From Tubiluchus corallicola (Eukaryota > Animalia > Priapulida), in contig JAQGDQ010000693.1 of NCBI GenBank assembly GCA_030141605.1, positions 1 to 64,000 on the forward strand: 64,000 bases of DNA, given 5' to 3'. Below the pieces are notes generated by a model. The model saw only the letters and a list, made by a program, of their open reading frames with translations. It ran no database searches and had not been told where the DNA came from. Each line of letters opens with the position of its first letter. Within the stretch, counting starts at the first letter, position 1. This document shows, piece after piece, positions 48,501-60,500 of this stretch. Made by a program: the position numbers and the translations under genes.

Positions 48501-51500
48501 ATCACCATATCCTTCTGCTGCTGATCTTGAAATTGAGAAGCTGCCTGATTTACAAACTGCTGACACTAAAAGTGACAAACTTCCAGAAGTTGCTGTTCTT
48601 GATGTTGAACTTATGAAGCCACCAGAATTAGAAGCTCCTAAGCTCACAGAAGCTGTTAGTATTGATGTTCAACTAGAAAAGCCGTCAGAACAAGACATGT
48701 TTCCTGCTGAGGTTAATATAGAGGCTCCACCTGGAATGACAGCAGAGGATGTTGAGCGTTCTACAGAAATTGTTTGTACTGATGTTCACCTTGAAGAACC
48801 AGTAGAATCAGAAATGGAGTCAACTGAACTTCACATTGAGGTGCCTTCTGAAGTAACGTCAGTAGATATTGAGCCTAGCAAAATTACAGAAATAGAAACT
48901 GCTGAAATCGATGTTGCACCTGAACATGAATTGGGAACAGAAATTGACATTGTTGATCTAGAGCAAGAGGTATCACTATATCCTTCTGCTGCTGATCTTG
49001 AAATTGAGAAGCTGCCTGATTTACAAACTGCTGACACTAAAAGTGACAAACTTCCAAAAGTTGGTGTTCTTGATGTTATGAAGCCGTCAGAATTACAAAC
49101 TCCTAAACCATCTGAACAAGAAGTGGTTCTTGCTGAAGTTAATGTAGAGACTTCTGAAATGACAAATGCAAAGGCTTCTTTAGAAATAACAAGTGATATG
49201 AAATATGCAACAGAAATTGTTGGTATTGATGTTCATGTTGAGGAGTCATCAGAACCAGATATACTTCCAACTGGACGTCATGATGACATGCTTGTTGAAT
49301 TAACATCAGATGTTGTTGAACATGACACATCACCGGACTTGCAAGCAATGCTTGTACCAGCCGAGTCAGATAAACCCCAAGACATATTAACACAAATTTC
49401 TGATGCACAGTTAGGTATGAAAGAACCAAAAACTACAAACATAAAATCACCATTACACATTTTAAGTACAAAAATAGGAGAACCTGCTGAGTCAGGCTTA
49501 CCAATAGCACCTCCTGAGAAACAGGACGAACAGGAACAGGTATCATATTATTTTGTTGTGGTATGTTTTGAAATGTGGAACTATTTAATTATGTTTATAA
49601 TGAGTACACTTGCAGAATTTGCTATGATTTGTCATCATATAATTAGTTCGGTGGAAAGACTTGTATCATTCTTTTGAAAGCTTTAGTCTGTAAATAAGAA
49701 AATATTTTGTATATAGTCAATATAATCATGGCTTTATATGCAACATATCAATTTTTCGTAACTTTAATTATTTTTGGTATCTTTTGGGGAATATTTCTTC
49801 CGAGGTAGCTGTTACATTTTGGTTTTCCATTTAACATATAGGTTGAAGATGCTATTGAGACAGTCAGAGAGGAGCCATTTGTTGAGCCTGGAGCAGAACC
49901 AATGCCAAAAGATGTTGATACTAAAGAAGAGACAAATGAGATAACAAAACCAGAAGATGTTGAGCTTGAAAAAGAGCCAAAAGAAGTTATAAGTGCCTTA
50001 CCCATTGACACTTTTAGAGGGGAACAAGTCACACCTCACGAGGAGTTAGAACCGGAAGATGTTGGGGCTGAACCAAACAGGGGGGAAGAAGAACCAAAAA
50101 AAGTAACAAGTGTTTTGCCCATCAAGTTGCATAGAGAGGAACCAGTCGGACCGCATGTTGAATCAAAATCAGAAGCTATTGGTGTTGAAGAAGAGCCAAA
50201 TGAAATAATAAGTGCTTTACCCATCCAATCATTTAGAGAGGAAGTAGTTAAATTTCATGTAGAGTCAAAATCTGAAGATGTTGAGACTGAAAAAGAGACA
50301 AAGGAAGTAACAATTATCTTGCCTATTGAATCATATAGAGAACCCGCTAAATCTCAAGAACCTGAAGAACAATTCAGTGAGGCATTTAGAGATGAACAAC
50401 CAGAAATAGAGGAAGTGGATCTTACAACTGTTGTTACAGAAGATTTACCCACGAACATGTGGGGGTATGATCCAAGAGAGCTTAGTTATGCAGAAGTGTT
50501 AAAGCTGGGTTTGCAAAAATTGGAACCACATGAGGATGAGACGTTTGTCACCACAGAAGAATTGCAACTTGAAGGTGGCCCAATTGAAGAGGTATATATT
50601 TGTTCAGAAACTTTGTTTGTTGTGTGTGTTATCTGTTTCTTTCTTCATCCTAAAGTTGAAAACATGTAAGAGTTTATTTACACGCAATCATGTTAGTGCA
50701 ATGATAGATTCACAAAATTTTGTGGTCACTTAAGTTTTACAGGATCGAAATTCACTAAAGTGACAATTATTATAACAAACTTTTACTGTTTACATCTTCA
50801 AAGAAAATATAAAAAATAAAAACATGTATGTTTTTAATGATGTGTTTTTAATGAACGTTGCAGGTACGGCCTGTTTATCAGGTGCATCATGATGTATTGC
50901 TGCATCGAATAATTCATCGAGTTACAGTTACTGAGATCTGGTTAACAGAAGTCGTGGAAACCTTTATGACTCGTCCTATACAACCTGGCGAAGCCAGTTA
51001 CACCTTACAAGAAAACCTTGTATGTTTTGACTTACGTCTATCATGATTGTAATGTTTAAGGTCTCTAAGATATCTACAACTACTGTTATTTAAAGTAATG
51101 TGACAATCTAGGTGAAATAGCAAAATAAAAGCAACTTTACATGACATTAAAAGATCAACGTATATTTGTGCAGTGAAAATTAAACTCAATAGGAAATAAA
51201 CTGTTTTTGAATTGATACTAGGTTTGTAACTAAATTTTACTGATGCGGAATGAGTATAGAAACTATTACGTATTTCACCTGATAATGCATGCTAGCAATT
51301 TCTTTCTTGATTTTCTAAAAGGCCTGTGTTTTTAGGTGTCATTAAAATTGTATTTGGTTGTGTTTTCTTTATAAATAAGGCATCAGGAGTAGAAAGTACA
51401 TGACACCTTCCATTTATTGTGTCATTATTATTGAATTATTATTTTTAACAGGATTTACAAGAGGCTATTAAGGCAAAAGAAAAGGAGCTTAGTAATTTAT

Positions 51501-54500
51501 CCGTACTTTACACTCAGTTGGCTACACATCATTCTCACGAACCAGCAGAAGATATGCTTCCTCGCTTTTCTGCATTACAGACACAACTTTCGCAAGCTAA
51601 TATTATTCTGGATTCTGGTGTAGAAGAACTTGAAACCACTGCTGAGGAAGAAGCCAAAAAACTTGCTGTTCAGCAAGAGGTTTCTTACATCATTCCTGTT
51701 GGTACACAGTGGGAGGAAGCAGAGGTTGACGACTCTGCTAGAAGTCTTTACGGACATGATTTGAGGACAATGACATATACCGAAATGTTAGAGCTTGCTA
51801 TTGAAAGGCTGCATGTGAGTGAGGAAGAACCAGAAGTGATTTCATTGCCTCAGGCTCAACCCACAGTACTGCCATCTAAAGAAGTAAGGTTTTTTAATTA
51901 AATTATTTTGTCAGTTCAAAAGTAGGCTATTCTTTTTAATAAATGCAGTCCAAGGAGCAATTTGGTAAAGTTTATAGCAACGTCTTGGACCAATTATTCA
52001 TTATTTATCATTAAATATCTCATTTATCAGGTATAATTTCATACTCTGGATAAACAGATGTTCACCGTTTTGTAAACCTGCAGGTGCAGGATACATGCAG
52101 AAGTTATCATGAAAAGTTGGTGCAGCGAATCATTCACCGAGTAGCGGTCACAGAAGTATGGGTTACGCATGTTGCTCAAACGATTATTAACCAACCTATT
52201 CACAACCAAGATGCAGTTGCACTTCTCCAAGAAAATCAGGTGAGAGTATGTTGAACTTTAAGTGGGCAAAAATATAAGTTAAAACAATGTGCACTGTTTT
52301 GTTTGTTCTTATAAAAATGTTGGGTAATAACACTGTGAGGTTTAGCAAGCTACTAAAATACACTAAGTGTTCCAGTCATTTTTTGAAGCTTTGACTTCAT
52401 ATTTTACATATAGTGACCAAGAGGAATATAACGTTATAATGTATTATTATGACATAATGTAATATTAGAACATCTAGTCTGCAATATTTCATGTTACTTA
52501 TTATTTTTATACTACAACTTGTGTGCAGTGTTTTATGAATACCTCTTTGGATGTAAAAGATAAACCTTTACTTGGACTGGTGTCTATAACCTGTTAGATT
52601 CATTGAATATCGCAGTGTAAAATGCAGTAGCAAATATTTCAACATTTTATTACTAGTGCAATTGCATTGTGCAGTTTAAATGTAATAACAAAGTTTTTTC
52701 AATGATAATATATAAGTAATCCACAAGGTAAAACAACATTATTCATATGCATTGACTACTATATTAGGCAAACTGAACAGTTCAGCGGATCACTTTGTCG
52801 GCTTGGTAAATTTTCTGTTACCTTTCTTGAGGCTATTTACTGGTGTTGACTTTGGACGATCTGACTTATTTAAAAAAGAAAAAATAGATTAGAAAAAGAC
52901 TTTTTTGAAGGGAAATTATTTTGAAATATGTGGGGATCTTGCCATTTGTTTTTGATTTTTTAAATAAATGTAATCATAGAAACTTTAATGCTTGTGTCAA
53001 AACCTGTTAATAGTGAAATGCAGTGCAGTCTTTTTTCTCATATAAAAATGTTTAGTACCATCATAGCACATAAAGTCAAAGTAGTTGTTTTTGTATGAAT
53101 AACTCTGTTAGTTATAGTTTCTCTGAGAAACTTTTAAATGTAATGAGCACTTCTGTCAATTTATAATTTATTGTTTAGTTGACTAAACTACAATTTTTTT
53201 ATTTTAAATTACAAGTTAAGATTTAATTTAAACTCACAGGAAACTCAGCAGATGCTTGTATTGAAACAAGGAGATATGAATGAGCTGTTTGTTCTTTATC
53301 ATCAAATTAAACTTAATGAACCAGCCCATAGAGCCGTGACCCTTCAGGCTCGCATTGATGCTGTTTTGGTACAACTTCCCGAACTGGAAAGCAAACTTCA
53401 GTCCAAAGAAATGCAACTACAACTACAAATAGATGTAAGTATGGCCTTCTCTCTAAATAGGTTAATTCATTACACTGTCTTTCTGAAAGTAAGTAGATAG
53501 CAGTGATAAGTCTGTTGTGATGCTAGCAGTACTATAACAGGTATAGTTAGCAATGACATAATAATAGTTTAGGTGGGAAGGTATAGCGAAAATTTGTACT
53601 ACACGACAGTTTTTGTCAGTAGGGCCTAAATACTTCAAAGTAATGCCTAGTTGTTATTGCAAGATAAGTTAAGTTGCTGCACTCCAAATGAATTACTTGG
53701 CATTACTCAAATTTTATTTTAGTAGGGAAAAAATTCATTTAGTCCGTGACATTTTTGGGCATTGCAAATTCTTGCTTGAAAATGTGGAAAGTCATTCGGC
53801 AAGTCTGACAAGTATCAGATGTGTATTTACCTATGTGTAATTTCTTGTGATGAGATGCAATAACCAAATAACTATAACTAATGGTATATAATGGTATATA
53901 GCTCTAATGGTCTATTAATTAATATTTGATAGTTCTATAATTTTTTGGTGTCTTCATGCACTATTTCTTTGTTGTAGGAATGTAAAAAGCAAGAAGAGGA
54001 AGAAAAGAAGAAACCAGAAGAAACAAAGAGTGGATTAGGTGGATGGATGCAGTGGTTAACTCAGAAAGTTGTAAGCAAACCAAAACCTGAAGAGGAGGCT
54101 AAACAAATTGACGAAGCCAAGCCTGGGGATATAGGCACGGAAGCTTTGGAATCTAAACCTACTGATTTCGAAGACGAAGACGAAGACGAAGACAAAAAAC
54201 CTGAAGAAGCAACAGACAAAGAACAAGATGTTCAACATGCTGTGGTGCAAGAACCTGGCAGTTTTGATGATGAAGTTTGCAAGATTTATGAATCTGCAGC
54301 AATTATGGAACTAAGACAAGAAGTACCGGTAGAAAATCAAGAAGATTTTGAAAAATCGGAAGCAATCGATCTCACTCTGGCATCAAGTGATCAAAGTCAA
54401 AAGGAGCCAGAGTTTGCTGACAAGGAAATACCCGTTAAAACAGAACGTGTCGTACAAGGTGACCTAGATGCGACTAGTCAAGAGGAAACAGAGTTTGATT

Positions 54501-57500
54501 TGCAACTTTATAAACCACAAACTTTAACTGAAGAGCAACAACCAAGTGATTTTGAAACCAAATTAAGTCTAAAATTAAAACAAGAAGCTCTGGTTGATGC
54601 CAAAGATGCACTTCTTGAACAACCTAAGGGAGTTGCAAAGACTAAAGAATTAGATGATTTTGACGAAAAAATAGATGAAGAAGAAGCTGATGACAAACAA
54701 GCAAATTTACCCATTGAACGTGAAACAGATGTTTGTGAGTTTTCATCACCCGAGGAACAATTCGAAGGAACTCTGGAGGATCTTCAACAAGGTCCACAAC
54801 CTTCAGTGGCTAGTCCAAAAAAATACATACAAACCATTGATGAAAGGGCAAAAACGTTTACCATTGAAGAGCTTCCTAGTGAAGAGGCAGCAGATGTCAC
54901 TGATGGTACTGATGAAACTTTGGTATGTTTTTCTTTGATATATAAATTGAACTTATTTCATGATGGTCTTTGGTTTGGTGTTGTAGATTCCTACAGTTTT
55001 CCCATTCCTTGTTTTCTTAGACACAACGTCATTATTTTTGAAACAATTCCTACTTTCTGTTGTAGTTAATTGATCCAAGTGCAGTAAGTCATTCTATACT
55101 GATGCAGTCAGTAGCTGACATTGCTTTGCTGACGGAAGAGCCCTTGTCATCAACGGACTTGACCGTTGGACAAGTTGACTCTCAGTGGGAGGTTCTGCAC
55201 TGGTATCTTACACAGCAGGAACTTCAGCTTACCGGAATGGCGTCTCCTCCTGAAGTATGTAGTTTGTTTTTCATTTCAAGTCATAGTACTGTAACATATA
55301 TATATATACATATATATATATATATTCTAGCTTAAAATAGTGACAATTGTTTGCTACTTTTTTTGCAGTCTTTAGTTCTGTTTGCATGCCTTATTTGTAA
55401 TAAACATTCGATTAATCTTGGAAATCAATCTTATTTAGTCAGATTAACCAATAAAACAAAATATGCAGTGTTTGTTTTTCAACCAACTAATAAAGCAGGT
55501 GTACATCTGTTTGATAAAAATCCATTCAAAATAAAAATCCTTTGGTTTTAGGATTGCTGGCTTCTCTAAAGTCCATTCTTATTTTTGGTGAGAAATTGTA
55601 AACTAAATTCTTAATGTTTTGCTAAGTAGCTTATATTTTGTATGTCTGGCAATGCTTGGCAGGACTAGGAATGCTTTATTAATTCACCTTTCACTGATTT
55701 TGTATGTGTACTGCAAAGGTGGCTTGATTTCTACATGTATTGTAATGCCAGAATTTAGTAACTTGCCGACATAATCTCTGAGGCTTATTTATTTTTTGCT
55801 CGTTTATTAAAGTTATTGCTGTATTTTTGTCTGGTTAAAACTAGATTGGTGTTATTGTTGTATTTGTTAGACTGCCTGCTTTATATGCTTGCTTTAATTG
55901 AACTATCATGCCAGGAAGTGAAAGTTGTTCATGGACACTTTTACATTAATATTGTTTACATCTAAAGCTGAAATAAAAAATTTTAGCAAATGTAGAATTA
56001 TATTTTGAAATTCCATATATTTCACTGCTGTTGCTTTTCACATACTTTTTAGGGATTTTGTTGTTTTTCATATTTATATGTAGTGTATAACTCTTACCTT
56101 TCATTTTTTTAATATACAATTTCTGTGTGCCAGCACGATTTTTAATTATGATTTGTCAGCAGGATATGGAAGAGAGGCAGCGTTTTTTTCGTACCTACCA
56201 CATTTTAACAACTGAAACCACTATCACTGAATGGATTACTGTACAGACTTTGATCACACGCTTATATCAGTACTATACAGCAATTCAGGATACTTTGCCC
56301 AATGATTCTCAAGCTCAGCTGCTACTGCTACAGATGTTAAAACAAACCATAGAGCAATTGTGCATGTACATTACAGCCATGCAAGTTAGACTTATGAAAC
56401 CTTCAGGAGAGGATCTGGAAGTGCAGGTCATACAGAATGAGGTAAGATTTTTGAAAGTGTTAAAATTTCTATATACTTTGTTTAGCACTTACAGCCTTTT
56501 AGGGCGAGAGAAATACATCAGTATTGAATCAAAAGTGTTTTTCTTGAGATTATGCAATTGTTACCTTTTTAACCAAGGCACCAAGCGTACATATACCTCT
56601 AGATTTTATTTGAAGAAGATTATTTTTGTGGCCCATAACTATTTTATTCGATCATTTTTAGCGTGACCACATCAGGAATTTGGAAAATTTCCATATGTTG
56701 AGCCTGGAAGATGATGTAGCACATAATGTTGTGATAATTGCTCCATGTTAAATTTTTACATGTGCTTTTGATAGACTATGTAATTGTATGTGTGTGCATG
56801 TAATGCAAAATGTTTCTTGCCTGATAAAAAATAGTTGTCCACTATTCATATGCACCTTTGATTTATTCAAGTAATATTTCAATATGTTCTTTATGGCAAG
56901 TATCTTCGAAAAAATCTTTATCTTGCATCTTTTTAGGAACTGATCGATGACATCAGAAGAGCTGCAGAAGAAGTATCTATCTTGCAAGAAGTGGCTCCTC
57001 TCTATATTGTTCATGCTTCACCACGTACACATGTTTTAGTAAAGCAGTCATTGACTTTGATGCAGAACAGACTATCAACTCTTGAAGACAAAGCAGTGGA
57101 AAAAGGACGACTTTTGCAAGAGAAGAAAAACCAGGAGGCTGTCATACAAGTAAGAAATCATGAGTTACAATAAGTCAATAAAAATTATGCTCTGTTTTAT
57201 TAAAAATGTTTGGTCACTTGTTGTCTTTCTTATTTACTGAATATGTTGAACATGACGTAAGAAAACAATTATAAGAAATATTGTTGATATAAAATTAACA
57301 GAAATTGAGTAAATTTTGATATATGAAGACTTGTGTTAGTTGTTCAAACATAGCTGGTATGGTGATTTCAAAATGCAACTTCTTTCACTTTGGTTTTTGC
57401 TTATCAATAACTCCACTTATTTAGTATGAAATACATTCAGGAAGAAACAAATTCAGAAAAAGTGCCAAATCAGTAGGATTATTTTAGTTATGCTCTTTTT

Positions 57501-60500
57501 GTTAAGAATTGTATTTTTGTGGCTAGATGGAAGTGCACAGGTTGTTAACATTAGTGACAACGGTATGGGAGCAGTACACAATAATCGTCAACAACGAAAC
57601 ATTGTCAGCAGCAGAACAGCAATTACCTCTTCAGGTAAGTCAATTCTTTTTTATATTGAAACTTTAGAAATAATTTAAAAAATTCTTCCAATGAACGCCA
57701 TTGTATATGACAATGATTGTGATGGCAAAAGGAGCTCTAAAATTTTCTGAAAATTTTGTTCTTATGAGAAATGTGAGCTACTGCAACAATGAATAATAGA
57801 AAAAAAGCAGTAAAGTTTCACCAGAAATGCTAGGTAAACTCATTATTGATGGAGTCATTTTGAAATGACATTCAAAAAGATAGATCTTGAAAAGTTATGG
57901 AATACTGTTATTAGGCAGTCTACTAACATTGCACGTATTACAAAAATACAGTCATCAGTTTTACTTAGCATTTGCCATTTCGCTACTTTAATGTAATGCT
58001 AGTAATGTGTGGCAATACAATTAGTCCTTATAAATGTGTTAAAAGAAAACCAGATGATTTTTTAGACTAATTCTTATTTTAATTTACTGTCCAAACTATA
58101 CATTTTCTTACCTATAAAAATTAGCAATTGATTCTTATATTTGAATAATTTGTTTAGGAAGTTAATTAATGGCAACCGAACACACCTATTGCTTACGTCA
58201 GAAACTAACCACAGTTTGTGCAATGGGAGGCATCTTCCTTTGCGCGTCAAGCACGTTTGCACATGTGTTACTGCTTAAACGTGTGAAGTCACAAAAATAG
58301 GCTCTTATATCATATGATGCCAGAAACTAACACTGCAGTTCATGATCGTGGTTATCACGGTACCACCTTCTATTTGTCGGCCACACACATGTGACAAAAA
58401 GTCGGCGTTGCCAATCTTTGTAGATTCACTGAGCTTTGAAAGTTTAACAAAATTTGGGTATCCGAGGTAATTATTATTTATTCTAAGCTTTGACTTAAAA
58501 AAAGCTATTGTAGTTTTCGACATTTTAGAGCACACTTTATTCTGAACTCGTGTTTACACAATCATCCGGTTTTCCTTTAACATTAAAATCTTATTCAGTC
58601 TGCAAGTTAAGTCTGGAACATTTTGCTTTTTGTAATGAAAGATTTTTGATTGCTATATGTATGTGATACCTTCTAGCAACTTGGTTTTTGATATTATAAA
58701 AACAATAAAATGCTTGTTTTAAATGTGAATTAGCAGATGACAACATTTTAACAACTGAACATCTTACTGTACAGCATTTACTTACATGATGTCCCACACT
58801 ACTAGCACTGTTGCTCAAGCTTTCTGTATGAGCTTATGGCAGTGGGTTTAATGCTCTTACAATTGTAATATTTAATTTCTATTCAAAAAACCATTTTGCC
58901 ATTGATAAAAGATTTATTTGTCAGTTACTATTAATACATATTTGCCTATTATAAATGTAGTAATAAAAGTTCTGGCACACATTAGGCATCTACGTTGATA
59001 GTCAGTGTATAAGACGTGAGCTGTTTTAGCATGGTTTTTGTTGGAGAAAAGCACATCCTATATAGCAAAAATATGGTAGGTAGAAGTATATCACTTGTGA
59101 ATCCTTCTAGAAACAGACTAAAACATTGTAACAGATGCAAACCACAGTTACTTAGACTGGACTTTGTTTTCACAGGAAGCTGAGGGCAAGCTTGCCGAAT
59201 GCGAGGATGGAGTAAATCAGCTTCTGATTGTTAACACAGATCACCTAGCAACTGACACAGCATCCAGCATTTATCAACTCAGTACCAATTTCCATAATTT
59301 GCGGTCACTGCTGTCCACTCGTGTCGTGACCTTGCACAAGACTGTGGCCATCCAGAACCTGTATGAGAAATTACTACAGGAGTATGTGATGTTATTAGAA
59401 GCCGGAGAGAGGAAACTGCAGCATGTAACAGCCGCAGATCTTGATGATTTGAAATCACAAATCATTGCAAATAAGGTAAAAGTTTTTATAACTAAATTGG
59501 TGACCACGGGGATTGTATTGTGTAGTTTGTAATACATGTTGTGATGGGCCTGCCCATGTGCTGCATTTGTGAGGTTTTAAGCCAGTGTTTCATGTCTCTG
59601 CAACTTTTTGGAACGATCGAAGATTTTCTGTCCAACAGTCGCTAAAAAATTCCCCCAACCATGTTTTCTCATCTAAGTTGCAAATTATTCGTGTAAAGTT
59701 TTAAATATTTCGCACAATTTTCCCCACTTTTTGGCAAATTTCAAGGTTTTTTCTAGGGCAAAAATCGTGAAAAGGTCACATGAAATTCATATGCCAAGTT
59801 TGCATGTGACGCTTATTCGACAAGGCGAATGTTGCACGACATTTGCGCGAGCACATTGCAATCATTTCCTTAATATGTCACAGGATTTGCATGGAAAAAA
59901 TGCTAGACGAGCAAGCTTCTCCAAAATGTTGAAAAATAGCCCAAAGTTGTCGCAGCAAGCATCTCAAAATGTTCTCTAAGTTTTCATGAATTTTGAAATC
60001 GTTGACGATCATCACAAATAATTGGGCACATATTTGTGCAGGTGTAGCACATGTTCATGATAGTTTGGAGAAAATGATGAACAACCACAAATGATTTGAG
60101 ACTATTCAGGGAACTTTTGGATCATGTCTTGTGACTGTCTGCCATTTTCAGATAGTCGCCAAATTCATGAATCCTGTGAAACACCGCTTTCGTTTTTTTT
60201 AGTGCCAGTGCACAACACTTGTGACAATCAAGCGGTACAAGTTTGATTTTAAATATCCAAATATGTTGCAAGTATGAATATTAAAATTCTGAAAATTAAA
60301 TTAACTACTTTAAAATTAAATACAGTTTTACCTTTAAATGCTTGAAATGAAAATGCTGTTACAGTTACAGTTAACCATCTTTCAATTTTAATAAATCTGT
60401 AGTTAATTTTGTATTGTTTTCATAAATGCTTGTTCCCTATTTTATTTGTGAAGATATATTAATAATTTTCCATTGTGTTGCAGAAATTCTTTCGATACCT

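Noticed and set aside
40998-49049. 18 near-identical minus-strand ORFs (72-95 aa, MGLGASNSGG..) that look like a small-gene array
   Set aside because: Antisense shadows of the + strand 471-bp coding repeat; Ser/Thr/Ile-rich as expected from reverse-complemented GAA/GAT/ACT codons; most start at non-ATG codons.
40789-49110. Regular array as CRISPR or satellite
   Set aside because: No repeat-spacer structure; units are contiguous, multiples of 3 and lie in one open frame bounded by splice sites.
49540-49677. Hydrophobic tail of the 3112-aa ORF as a membrane anchor or KASH substitute
   Set aside because: Follows a CAG|GTA donor, resembles the hydrophobic read-through seen after most exons here, and lacks the KASH PPPX end. 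Intron retention cannot be excluded without RNA data.
25292-50591. Calling the gene titin
   Set aside because: Only compositional similarity; no Ig or FN3 domains, and both flanks are spectrin repeats spliced in frame.
57490-57678. Track ORF as the coding frame
   Set aside because: Splice phase of neighbouring exons requires the frame starting at 57527 (MEVHRLL..).
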